From assembly GCF_963676685.1 (NCBI RefSeq), contig NC_092348.1, positions 90,644,001-90,708,000 of the forward strand: a DNA stretch of 64,000 bases, read 5' to 3'. The notes below the pieces were generated by a model. That model ran no database searches. It saw only the letters and a program-made list of their open reading frames with translations, and was not told where the DNA came from. Of this stretch, positions 1 through 13,300 are shown piece after piece (position 1 is the first letter of the stretch; every line of letters starts with the position of its first letter). Source of the stretch: Mytilus edulis (lineage: Eukaryota). Made by a program: the position numbers and the translations under genes.

Positions 1-984
1 AGCTGTTGGGTTCTACCAATCTCACATTAAGAATAAAACAGACCCAATGAATGAATCCTTATAGCAGAAACTTGCCCATCTGTTGGCATTGCTTAGAAAA
101 CTTAAGATGTAAATTAAGGCATAATTTTCTATCTTAAAAAGAACATCCAAACTCCTTTTGCTTTCATGATTGGAATATATATGTATAATTTGACAGTGAT
201 TCCCATATAGTGAGGGTAAGATAGTCTCTTAAGTCTTACGTTATCACCTCTTTTTTGTGTACTCAAAACAAAACAGAATTAGTACATATTATATTTAATA
301 AATGCATTGGCAATGTACACTCTGAATTATGTAATCAATATATAAGCCATTACCTTGAATGAGTCTTTGTGAAATGCATCATGGCATCCCCTAAACTCTT
401 TATTCAATAGACAATCTAATGTTTACATAAAAACATATAAAAGCCTTTGTTTCCTTACTGCCGACAAAAACAAACAATTGGTTATAGCAGTTCATACTTA
501 TAATATTCATGTTCTTCTTGTCATAAGTAAACTGACCATGAAATTTAATATTAGTAAAAAGAGTTGTCACAAGCTATCAACTGTATTTAGAACAGTGCTC
601 CATTCTTACTGTCTCCATGTCTGTTAGAGCATTGGAGAATTATTTATCAGTAAAAAAATAATTAAATATTTACAGCAATTTGCTGTTCTGGAAAAATATT
701 TCAGGCTTCTAGAATTACTGTCCTGATTTAAACTGGACATATTTAAAAGAAGTATGTATTGGTATGCTTAAACTACAATCACATTTGTATTGTACTAGAT
801 AACAATGTATCATTTTAGTGTCTTTAATATCTGTCTTGACTATTTCCAGACACTTGTTCAATATATTTTCAATATGAGCAAATATGTTAATTGACTAAAC
901 TGTTGGTTCATCACAAAAAACAATGTGCAACCAAATATTAGCTATGCTTGTGTTGTTTTAAAATATAATAAAAGTATTAACATA

Positions 985-1857
985 ATGTTCCCTGGGTGGA
1001 AGGATGTCTAGAAAAGTCAGATAGACCTGGACTTAAATTCACTAGTCTGATTCTAATTTATTTTATTTGCAACAATCATCCACGTGCAATTCTATGCTCC
1101 ATAAATATCAATGTGCAATCAATAAATAGTTATGATTTAATTTTATGTATGATATCAAATCTGTATTTTATTAGAATGAATGCAACTTATAGATTCTAAA
1201 TCATGCATGTTGTTCTAGTTCCTATGTTTCCTGTATGAAACATGTCAACATTAATCAAATAGACTTGGGCAAAATCCCTATTCTATTTTAAGTCTATAGT
1301 GATCCATTGAGCACGTTTTATTTTCAATAAATATGGTTTATGTTCCCTGAATGGAAGGTTAACCAAAAAAATATCATCAGTTGTGGGCAAAATCCCTATT
1401 CTGATTGTGATGTATTTATCAACTGTTAAAACAGTATCACTGTTGGTCTACGCTCCCTGTATGGAACGTTTTCCAAATAAAACAATCAGAAATGGGCAGA
1501 TTCCCTTTTCTGATTGAAATTTATTGAACCAATTGAGGTTCTAGTCACAATAGTGGTATACGCTCCCATACGGACGTTATCCACATTAAAATAATCAGAT
1601 CTGGTCAAAATACCTATTCTGATTTAATAGTTATGTGTTTACACAGTCTCGTGTACCAGGTGTACACGTAACAGACTGCAAATTGTAAACAATCGAACCA
1701 ATTGAGGTTCTAGTGACAATAGTGGTATACGCTCCCATACGGACGTTTTCCACATGAAAAACAATCAGATCTGGTCAAAATACCAATTCTGATTTTAATA
1801 TAGTGATGTGTTTACACAGTCCCGAGTCGTGTACAGACTGCAAATTGTAAACAATCG
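985..1857. repeat. Degenerate tandem array of ~6 units with a conserved ~65-nt core
   Basis: Core TAYGYTCCC...GGA..G....C....AAA..ATCAG...TGG.CAAAAT.CCTATTCTGATT recurs at ~985, 1222, 1339, 1449, 1559 and 1728. The last two units belong to a recent ~169-bp duplication. Confidence 0.7.
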
Positions 1858-2472
1858 ACTTTATCCAAACTTTACACTCGACCTGTTTCGTAGCATTGCT
1901 CTAATGCAGTGAAAAATCCGGTCAGCTAAGCGTGAAAAAAGAAATAAACATCCGTTTAAAAATATATCTTTTTAAAAACGTAGCACTCACGTAACATGTC
2001 CGATTTTGACAGCTAAATTCTGCCTTTCCTCGGACCCGATTTAATGTTTGAAAATGGCGGCTAAACAAAGGTCATTTTCTATGTTGTCGTATTTCCAGAC
2101 TCGTAAGCTGTAAAAATGACGAAAACGTGCATATCAGAAACTTGGCAGAAGCGCTGTATTCTGATTCACATTAAATTAATCGTATACCGAAATTCCGAAA
2201 ACAAATAATGTCTTTTATAAAACATAAGGATTTTCAACAGTAAACTGTTAAAAATCCTTGCCGACGAGAAACATGCGTTCTCTTGAACGCAAAAATTAAA
2301 ACTAAAGCTAGTGTATGTTACACAGGTGAACTATGACGTAGGTGAGTACATCTCATGGATGTAATTTTTAATCACCTAGTTAATTGCGATGAGAACATGT
2401 TGTGAAAGCAAACATATTCTATATAATATAAATGTAATTTCATGGTAAGTATATTTAACCAAATTCATATAA

Positions 2473-2632
2473 AATGTATGATTCTTTCGAAGGCAGATTG
2501 TGAGCGTAAATGAACGGTGACCCCATTTTTTTATTTCATTTTTCTATTTAGTATAAGATAAAGTTTATTTATAGAAAAATATAGCGAAATCCTATATTAA
2601 ATAAAAAATTTGATTTAGACCCGCGAGCCCCC
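2473..2632 (-). mobile_element. Terminal ~160 bp of a Kolobok-like DNA transposon, body probably extending leftward
   Basis: Reverse complement of the start of the 2637-3192 element; ends exactly at TTAA 2633-2636. Confidence 0.6.
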
Positions 2633-2636
2633 TTAA

Positions 2637-3192
2637 GGGGGTTCGCGGGTCTAAATCATTTATATAGGATTTCTCTATATTTTTCTATAAATGAACTTTA
2701 TCTTGTAGTTAATAGAAAAATAAAATAAAAAAATGGGGTCACCGTTCATTTGCGCTCACAATCTGCCTTTGAAAGAAGCATACATCTTTGTAAAAGTGTT
2801 TTTTTTTCTGTTGAACTAATAGGAGAAATAAATGTAATATCGAAATAAAAAAGAAGAAATTTATTACAGAAATCGCCCAAATTTTTAAATAATTTAGTTT
2901 AAGTACAGCATATATCGAAATTATATTAAAAAATATAGGTCACCGATGAGTTAAAAGAGATATTTCAATTTTAAAGCCAAAAAATGGCATTTTTCCACCA
3001 AAGGGAGATAATTTGGAACTTTTTCAATGATGTTTACATTTTAAAAGTCATCTGAAGCCAACACGAATTAATTGTTTTGAATGTTTTTTGTACCATATGA
3101 TAAAATAACAACTACAAAAGGTTATAAATAAAATTTGTAATGAAAAACAAATGTTTAATTTTTTTCTGAAATTTTTATACCCTCGAGCCTCC
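2637..3192. mobile_element. Non-autonomous Kolobok-like element, 556 bp
   Basis: TTAA at 2633-36 and 3193-96; imperfect TIRs GGGGGTTCGCGGGTCTAAAT / TTTTATACCCTCGAGCCTCC. Confidence 0.75.
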
Positions 3193-5225
3193 TTAAGCCT
3201 TATATTTAGGACTATCAACATAAAATCAATGATCAGTAAAGCAGGCCAGACATTTCAGCGTGTGGGCTCTTGTTATTTCCGTATCAGGCATTCAATGATT
3301 CAAACCACAATTAGTGTTGTCAAACAAACTGAAATATTATGGTAATGGAGACTACACTTTCAAAATCAGTAGATCTTTTTCCAATAGGTAGGTATTGGGT
3401 GCAACTAAAAATCGGTAGATTTGGCATGAATGAAAACAATGTAACTAAGGTTAAGTAGAATACAGACGGTTTAAATCATTCCGACATCCTTGGAAGTGAA
3501 TGGCTGTTAATCTGTACAATTTTATAAAGACTCAGAAGTATTGACAAAACCTATATAAGATGGTCTGCAGACTTCCTATTGACAAAACCTATATAAGATG
3601 GTCTGCAGACATCCTGTATTAAGTTATAGGACGATAGATATTTTCATCAAATCATAGTAATTTTACAAACTTCATAAAAGTCTGTCTTTTATCAATATAT
3701 TCACCTAACAAGGATGTATGACGTTATATAGGATATTGTCTTGTCAATGGACAAAAATTGCACTCGATTTCTTACCATTTTTATCAGACTTTTATACTGG
3801 AAAAGATATTATTAATTCTATATATAGTCTAACAAAGGTTACATTTTTGTAAAACTACATATTCCAGTGCTATTTTGGGTCAAATACTTCATTTTATTTT
3901 AATTTAACTTTTAATTTTACAGAAACAAAATGGTAATATTTTTTTGTCTATTCAAGATGATGAAATTGAGAAATTCAACATGGAACAGTTTGTATGCCCT
4001 TGTCATAGCAGAGGGGGCACTGAGTTTTATCCTTGTCTGTCTTTACATCTATACGTCCCAAAGTGGGTTTCTGTTCTCTAACTTTAGTTAGTGTTAACCA
4101 AATGTTTTGAAACTTGTACATAGTGCTTACTTTCTAAAAACACAGATCAAGTTTGAAAATTTGCTTCACTTTTACCGTTCTAGAGTTATGACCCTTTTTT
4201 TCGTTTTCTTTCTCTTAACTTAAGTTTGCCTCAACCAAATGTTATGAAACTGATGTCCCTTTATAACAACATATATGAAAATGTGGGCATCATCTGTGTT
4301 TGATGGACTCATTTATGTTTAGGATGTTATCTGTGCGAAAGGCTTTGTCCTGTCCCATTACCATTACCGTTAAATGTTACTTACCAAATTATAGTTTGAA
4401 TTCACCTCTACAAATTGATCAAATGTAAAGAATTTCAGCTCATTGCTTCAGTGAAAGGTTGTTAATATGAAGCAAGAACAATTTAATAACAATTACCCTT
4501 ACCATCTAATTCCAGTAATTGCCTGTCTGGTGACCAGTTTGTAGAGTGAATTTAAACTAATAATGTCAAACAATTCACCAATTGGTACTGTCAAATGACA
4601 AAAACCTTTTGATTTTAATAACATGCGGGTTAAATTGTTCCTAATTTACTATATGAACCTTTTACTAATGTAAGAAACTGTACTGCCTTTAATTCTGACT
4701 AGAAAAGGTCAATTAGACAATGAAGTACACCCCTTTCAATTTATGTCTTTCACTGAAAACTTATGTACGCCTTTATAAAGTCATTTCCCAGATAGAGGGG
4801 AACACCTGTATCCCTGCAATATTAAAATTCACCAAGCTTCTTCATGATTGTCATAATGCAGTATAAACTAGAAATAATGTTTGTTTTGTAAGTACTTAAT
4901 CACAATTTCCAAAGGACAGCAGTGCTGATTATCAATTATAAGAATTATATCTGCCAAAGATTATTTGTGCAATATAGCATCATATTTTTTCAACCACTCA
5001 CTCAACATGGAAAGGAAGAGACGATACCCCTAAACGCCTGAATGATATTCACTAAAACCAAAGTTTATGACAGAAAGGCAATGAACTTGAAAGTTGTCTT
5101 TTAAGATAACATGAAAACAACTCAATCTTTTAGTTTCGTAGTGCTGTTTGATTCCTTTTTGCAGAGACTTAAAATAGTTGAAATATTGAAATATTGCAAA
5201 TGTTTGGGGTTTTTTTTCTTTTCAG

Positions 5226-7699
5226 AATGGGATTGGCAATATCTCTTGTTGGAACTGTCAAAGAAAAGGTTTGTTTGAATAATATATACACTCTTTATAG
5301 TATTAGAGATACATTTGTAGTTATAGCAATAGATGATTTTCATTTGCTAACTAACAAAGGGTATTTGTCTTGCATGCATATTGCTTCTTTCAAATTACTT
5401 TTACATTGACTTTCTTTAAATAGCTTTGCTGTTCTCTATATTAAGTAGAACACCACAGATGGAATTATAATCTGTATTATGAAAACTAAAAATAATTTCC
5501 TTTGGGATCCATTCTTTTAAAAAGTTGTCTGCAGCAATTTTTATTTTCTGGACACAAAAGATAAGTATGGTCAGATCATGTTTTCTTACTTCATATGAAT
5601 TCGTAATATGCATACTTTTTCAATGGAAATTGTGAGGTCACATGCATTTTTTTTTTTTTTTAACTTTTGATATTTTTATTTCCAACAATTACAACATATA
5701 CATGACATACATACAATATAATACATATAAGATAAATACAATGTCATTTTTATAAATAAATCTTAATTGGAAATATTTTACATTTTCTATTAAAAAGATA
5801 AATAGATAAAAAAAAGAAATAAAGAAGGAAAGCAAAACACAAAACGATTATCCAGTTACATCCCTATCTATATTTTAAATTTCACATAATTATGTTGGAA
5901 AAAAAATATTTTCAAAATTAATGAGACATATTCTTTCGTAACAGCCATCAACACAGATCAAGTACATAACATGACAATAATATTTTCTTTAAAATAGATC
6001 ATAATTAAATAGTCATAAGTAATTGTAACCAAAAAAAAAAGACATTAGCTGGTATTCAATAAAAGTTTTTCAAAAACATTCCATACATTGTCAAATTCAG
6101 TTATCTTTTTATTTTTTACAGCTATCATACTCTCTAATTTATACATATCTTTCAGCTTTATTATAATTGCTTGCAATGAGAGATTCTGTTTAAAGCATCT
6201 AGAATTATACACATATTGTTTAATATAAAGAAAAATCTTGTTATATGGGTTGTTGGGGAATATCTTGGATAAGTCTCCAAAAAGAAAGTTTAATTTATTC
6301 TTTGGGAGACTTATTCCACCGGAAAGGAACCAGTTATCAATATCCTGTAGAAAATTGTGTACAGTATTGCAATTCCAAAATATGTGTTCTATAGACTCTT
6401 TATCTGATTTACAAAATGTACATAAAGGATCATCGGTCACATTTATTTTAATTAAATACTGATTTGTGGCAATAATGCAATGGTTAATCCTATATTGCAA
6501 CCACTGTAATTTACTATTTTAGTAACAGCAAAAGGCAGTCTGAAAATCTTTTTCCAGTTTCTGTTCACCTAAAATTTTAACCCACTTTTAAAAGCGGTCC
6601 AATAGGAATAACATAATTTCTTGTCAGTACAGAATACATATCTTTTGATCCTTTACAATGTTTTAAAAATATGATCCATCTCAATAGAACTTAAACCCAT
6701 GAGAAGAAGATATATTTTGCAAATTTCAATACTAAGTTCTGTAATTTAAAGTCCGTCATAGCACTTTTTATTATACATGGAACACATTCACTTATATATT
6801 GACTTTATTAACTGTTCCAATAAAGTAAAAAAAGTTATATACTAATCTGTTACCTTGGATAATAAAACTGGAATGATAATTGAGGACAGTATTACACAAT
6901 ATAAGAATAAGGAGATGTGGTTTTATTGCCAATGAGACATCTATATATCCATAGTTCAAATGAAGCAACTATGCAACCAGGTTTTTCCAATGTTGTTGTT
7001 TGCATTTCTTATTTGCTTAATATGGAATTAATGTATTTCAATTCTCTCTAACAATATAGCTTAAGGAGTTGGTTTTCAAAATCTTTCTGTTTCCTTATTT
7101 CCATTTGTTTTGAGCTTTATTTTGAGAACAAATATTCTGAATTAGATGAGAAAGCTTTCTTTAGTTCCAAGGTTACATTTCTCTAATCTGTGTAACGTGT
7201 AATATTTGTATTGCTTGAACTAATTCGTTCTGAAAGCAGGATTCATCTGTCAACATAACAACTAAGCGGATCATATAATTAAATTATATTTATTCTCTTT
7301 TAATTATTTAATTTCCTTGTTTGCACAATATTGTGTAAGTTCATTGTCGCCATTACTCACCCACGACAACTTGTACTCTAATTAGATTTTCTTCATCCTT
7401 CTTTAGCTCAAGAACGTAGAATTTGTTACAATTATCTGCCATATTAGCAGGTTTTTCGTTCTCAAAATGTACTTCACAATTAATTTCCTTATTCCATATG
7501 ACATGGTTAGGAAAATTAATAGCATTTGCAAAAGGACAATATTTATTTTATTGGGAACATAAAATAATTTATTATTTGTATTTTAATTTCTATTTTGTAT
7601 TAAGAAATTATCTCTAGAAAAAATAGTTTTCCTTTGAAATTGATTAAAAGGGTACACTATAAAAGAGATGAAATCAGTACCACTTTTTGTTTGTAAACT

Positions 7700-7730
<31 letters not shown>

Positions 7731-10108
7731 CAACAAAAAAAACACTTAAGGTACATATTAATGTATCTTCATAAATTTGTGTATACCATATGTTGACTTC
7801 TGCAGAATCTTTTGTTTTTATCTCTGAAAATATTTTTTAAGAAGGTAAATAAACACTGAAGCAATAAATGTAAGTTAGAAGACAAATTTCCTCAAGAGTC
7901 CATATAAAGCAAATATTTAAAAAAAAAAACTATAGGTCACTTCACTGTACAGCTGCCAACAATGAGCAAAACCAATACTACATAAAATCTGTAAAAGGCT
8001 CTGACATGGCAAATGTATAATACATGTAGTTCAATCAATAAACTTAAGTCTGAATATGTGCACAAAAACAAATCAAAACTGATGCTGTCATGTTTTTGCC
8101 ATTGATAAAACATCTGAATTTAAAGTATATCTAAATAAGTGTCTTCCTTGTTTTGACAGGTATGGTACCATTCTAACTGTAACACCCGAGGGAAAGGATG
8201 TTATAACACAAATCTAACTGATTATGGGGGATGCTGTATATGGTATGATGAACCTAAGGTATTTATTAGTATATGGCAGGAAAACAGGTTTTATTAAGTT
8301 GAAATAGCTTTATTTTGAAATATTGTGAACAATGTACATCATTATATAATCCCTTTCCAAAGATGATATACACTGCTTTGCCCATTGTCTGTCCGTATTC
8401 TTTCAATTAATCCTAAATACTTCCTATCAATATGTTAAAATCTCAGTAACTACAAATAAGATCTCCCTGAAAATAGTAATCAAGCTGTATTTGAACATAC
8501 TAAACAGTTTGGTGTGCTTTCACATTCATTTTTATTAGCTTCCTGTTTGCTAAATATTTATGGAGGAGATATCTTTATGTTAAATTACAGTAATTGTTTA
8601 CATAGTTGACAATGGGAGCCTTTTTGGGTCCTTTGTTTGCACTATAAAAAATCTGTTGATAAAAATGACAAAATTTTGAATTATCAACACCTTTGTAAGA
8701 AAACCACTGCAGCGTTTTTGATGGAAAAGGACATTTTTTAAGGTTACTCAACTGTTTCGGAATTTTTGATATAGCATGAATGAAGTAGACTGTTTTCCAA
8801 TTTTATTCTGTCTGTTACAGCTACTATCTGATATACAGGAGCACCTTGATATCACCATTGATTCAGTACAACCTGATATGAAAGTGGCTATTAATGAATT
8901 TGATGGTAAAGTAACATATGGTCAGAGAAGGAAAGTTGGAGGTAGGTTCAAGATTTCGGGGTCAGGAATCCGCACAAAACCTGTATCTATAATAGTCTTC
9001 CTGATCTGTTTCACTATAGCAAAGTAATTTGACTTTGAAAATGGTTCAACGATCAGTTACCTGAAAAGAATTTAATTTTGGATGTAACACGTCTTTTGAT
9101 TGGCTGACGTCATTTTGTTTATCCTATCAGACACAATTTTGTCATTTGACCATGACGTCATCAATGTTTTTTCATGATTTACACCACTTTAGAACAGAAT
9201 TTAGAATTAAATTATAAGAAATAACTGTAATATTTTGTCAGTCTATCTGAAATAACATAGAAAATGTGGTGCACACTGTAAAATAACATGCTACACGCAT
9301 TATTCTGTGTGCGTCACATTTTTTATGTTATTTCTCCATAGACAGAAAAAATATTACAGTCATTCTTTGAGTAATGTTGCTGATAAAATTTAGAATCAAA
9401 AGGGAAATATGTCAAAGAGACAACAACCCAACCCAAAAGCAGATACCAGATGAAGGCCACCAATGGGTATTTAATGCAGAGTGAAAATCCAGCACCCTGT
9501 CCCAGAGGTAGGCCTCAGCTGGCCCCTAGATAAAAATGTGTACTAGTTCAGTGAAATGGATGTCATACTAAACTCCAAAAACATACAAGACTTACAAAGA
9601 CCAGAGGCTCCTGACTTGGGACAGGAGCAAACATTTGGCAGAGTAAAACCATGTTTCATGAGATCTCTTCTTCTGTTAAATGTACATTAATAACATTTGT
9701 AGTGAAAGGGAAAACATTCTAGATTACAACTTCGGTATCACTTCTTTTTGTAAGTGAAATTTCTACTTAGTCAAAAATAAAAGGTTTTCAAAATCCTATG
9801 TGGGACCCATGCTCTATAGATATTTTTGGTTATTCAAATACAATTACACAACTATATTCCTAATGTATGCTTGAATACATTATAATTACCTATTAGACTA
9901 GTGCTATTAATGATGACTGATTTTCAGTTTTATAATATGCAATTAAACATGTATTACAATATCTATTATTATTTGTCTTACAGGTGGGTCATACAAAGGT
10001 CACATAGAAACATTGGCTCCATCTGTTAAAGAATTAGCAGAACTAGAAAAGAGAGCTCAGACGTCATTTATAGATCTTAAATACAGGAAAAAGTTCATGA
10101 CTAGATAA
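5226..10108 (+). CDS. DDX1: ATP-dependent RNA helicase DDX1, last four coding exons (5' part lies upstream of the window)
   Basis: Exons 5226-5268, 8160-8258, 8821-8941 and 9984-10108, all AG/GT bounded with consistent phases. They give [15 protein letters not shown]|[33 protein letters not shown]|[40 protein letters not shown]|[41 protein letters not shown], which matches the DDX1 C-terminus. AATAAA at 10204. Confidence 0.95.
5647..6870 (-). mobile_element. 3' end of an L1/Tx1-type non-LTR retrotransposon
   Basis: ORF 6045-6500 carries the zf-RVT motif QYRINH..IATN..L.KI....DPLCTFCK...[16 protein letters not shown] and a poly(A) tail lie at ~5647-5680 on the minus strand. The upstream frame is disrupted. 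Confidence 0.8.
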
Positions 10109-10486
10109 TTGGATATATATTTTTAGATCCACAGTAATCGTGATGTTAACTAGTCCTTAGGTCCTGAGATTATGTTTATATTAAGCTTTAACATTTTCAA
10201 TTTAATAAACCTGACTGTGGAGGTATTCAGACATTCATTGTTGTGCAGTTAAATATGAATGAAATCCTTTATTAATGCTTTTTGGTGCAATTGTTATGTT
10301 AAGAATATAAATATAGGGGATTAAAGTATAAAAAAATAAAGGGAATAAGTACATTATTATGGATTCTGTTGTTGTTAGTTTCACCCTGTTCACACTACAT
10401 TTTTATTCGGCAATGTTCATAGATTTACTTTAAAATAATGTTCACATATTAAAAGAGATCTGGAAAGATTTATGATAACAAAGCAG

Positions 10487-11760
10487 AACCAGGTGCTCTG
10501 CAGGGCGCAGCTTTATACGACCGCAGAAGTCCAACCCTGAACATGGACACAATATTCAAGCTTGATACAGCTCTGAATTTTGATTGCGATCAAATTTTTG
10601 ACATAATATGAGTTTCTGACACAAAACAAGTGTCAAGAGATTACAAATCTATTGCGCAATATTGTGCAATTAAAGATTTCTACTTTTCAAAAATTTGAAA
10701 TTTTAGAAATTTGAGAAAAAAAATTGAAAACAACTACCACCCTCTTTTATTTGGCAATTAGTCCAAAACCTGACATTTCTTTATATATAATATACAAGTA
10801 ATGAAGGGAGGTAAATCCAAACATACCCAATATTGTATGTTAAATGTTTTTGAATTACCTCCCTTACACTGCTTTTAAATTGTCTTAATTGTCCATTGAC
10901 CAGAAATACCTAGCTTTTCCCCTTTTTTGTCCCTAATTCCGAAATAGTTGAGCCATAACCCCCATATGTTAATACTAACCATTCCTTCATGGTATGGAAA
11001 CTTGAGGTTTAATTTCAAAGAAATTCATACACTAAAACACAAGTTATTGTTTGAAAACTACAAAAATGATTATTTTGGGTCCCTTTTTTACCCCTAATTC
11101 CAAAACTGTTGGGACCATAACCCCCAAAAATCAATCCCAACCTTCCTTTAGTGGTATTGAACCTTCTTATAAAAATTTATGGATCCATACACTTTAACAC
11201 AAGTTATTGTTTGTAAACTAGAAAAATGCTTCTTTTTGGCCCCTTATTCCTACATATTTGGGGAAATTAACCCCAAACTGAAACCCAGCCTTCCCTGTGT
11301 TATAAGGAAACTTGTGGTACAATGTCATCTAGAGATCCATACAGTTACAAACAAGTTATTGTCTTGAAACTAGAAAATGCTTGTTTTTGGCCCTTAATTC
11401 CTAGACTGTTTGCCCAATAACCCCTTAAAATAAATCCCAACCTTCTACTTATGGTATTAAACATTGTGGTACAATTTCAGAACAATTGAAATACTAATAC
11501 ACAACTTTTTATCCTGAAACTAGATAAATGCTGTTTTTGGCCCCTTTAGGCCCCTATTTCCTAAACCTTTGGGACCATAACCCCCAAAATCAATCCCAAG
11601 CTTCCTTTTGTGGTTATACACATTGTATTAAAATTTTACTGATTTCTTATTACTTATTCAAAAGTTATTATCCGGAAACAATCCGTCTTCCGACGAAGCT
11701 GATGACGACATGATACCAATATACGACCAAATTTTTTTAAATGTTTGCGGTCTTATAAAA
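10487..11760. mobile_element. HINE/Helentron-like non-autonomous element with internal ~150-160 bp tandem core repeats
   Basis: Subterminal TATACGACC(GCA) motif near both ends, terminal hairpin at ~11720-11757, and about five diverged core repeats at 10900-11680. Confidence 0.6.
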
Positions 11761-12069
11761 ACCATTATAGGTCGAAGTATGTCTTCAACACAGAAACTTG
11801 TTTCACACTGAACAGTAAGCTATTAAAGGGCCCCAAAAATGACTAGTGTAAAACCATTTAAACAAGAAAACAAACAGTCTAATCTATATAAACAACTAGA
11901 AAAGAGAAGCACGTATGAACCACATCAATAAGCAACAACTTCTGAACATCATGTTCCGGACTTATGGCAGTTACAAACAAACGCAGCAGGTTTAAATGTT
12001 AAATAGGTACCAACCTAGACTCTTAACAATGATACAATTGTTTTCAAAAATAGATATGCATTTTGTCCT

Positions 12070-13300
12070 GCCTGTGATGTAAACTGTGTGTATGAAAACT
12101 TAATATTTCAGAGGGTACTTCTACTTGTTATCAATAGTAGGATAACCATATTTGGCATATGGATCCTGGACCTGATATCTAGGATCAATAATAAAGGTTA
12201 AAATTACGTGATTAAGATCTTTTTCTCAGAAACTAAAAGTGGTAGTAAAATATATGTGGTGTATGTCTCAATATGAAATTGAGAAGATGTTGCAGGTATA
12301 ATTGCCAATGAGACAAATCTCCACCAGAGACCAAATAACATAGAAATTAACAATTATTGGTCACTGTACTTCCATCAACAATGAAACATTCTGCATAGTC
12401 AGCTAATAAATTGCTCAAAACGACAAATGTAAAACAATTCAAACTAGAAAACTAATGGCCTGGTAAAGCTTAAACAAACAATGAACGAAACACAATTCTG
12501 ATATGAAATGAAGGAACAAACAACAACCACTGATTTACAGGCTCCAGACTTGTGTCAGGCACATACAGAATGGCAGGTATTGTCAGTCATGGACCTCATT
12601 TTCACAGTACTCTGTCAAATATAAGTTTTAGTGGATTGGTTCTTTTCCCGGATACTATAAGCAATAGGTCAACTATATGCAAAGTTAGAAATAATAAAAA
12701 GGTGTACATGTCTGTTTCCTGATTCATCTGACCAATACCCCATTTTCATGGTTCCTTTGTTGGTGTCAAGTTTTCCTGGTCTATTACTTAATTCTCATGG
12801 TTCCTTTGTTAGTGTTAAGTTTTCCTGGTCTATTACCCAATTATCATGGTTCCTTTGTTAGTGTCAAGTTTTTGTGAGTTTTTATGAGTTTTTGAACAGC
12901 GGTATACTTCTTTTGCCTTTATTTCCAGGGTAGGTTTTGATTCTTAGATACTTTAAAAAATAAGCGAACCATATTGAATGCATGAATTGATTCTAAGGTA
13001 AACATGTCTGTCTGACATGTATCATATGACCTTGACCTCATTTTAATGGTTAATTGGTCAATGTTAATTGTTTGTGGATAGGTTTGTTTCTAAGATACTT
13101 CAAGCAGTAGGTCAACTATATTTTGGTATTAAATGATTGTACGGGGAAAATGTCTGTCTGGCAGGTTTGATCTGAGCTCGACATTGACCTCACTGTCATA
13201 GGTCATCGATAATGTAGTTTATGTGATACTTGTATTAAAATTTAAAACTAGACATTTGACATCAAATCAATCATGGTCAGTAAGGAGACATTTAAGAGTG
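12070..13300. repeat. Degenerate core-repeat (HINE-like) tract; related tracts at ~17700-18290, 20300-20770 and 36340-37430
   Basis: Recurrent GACCTTGACCTCATTTTCATGGTTCATTGG...TAGGTCAACTATATT units, including a 49-bp local tandem at 12743-12870. Confidence 0.55.

Noticed and set aside
1-760. Possible minus-strand exon remnants (donor-like site near 352) of a transposon gene
   Set aside because: Frames are broken and no transposase motif could be recognised.
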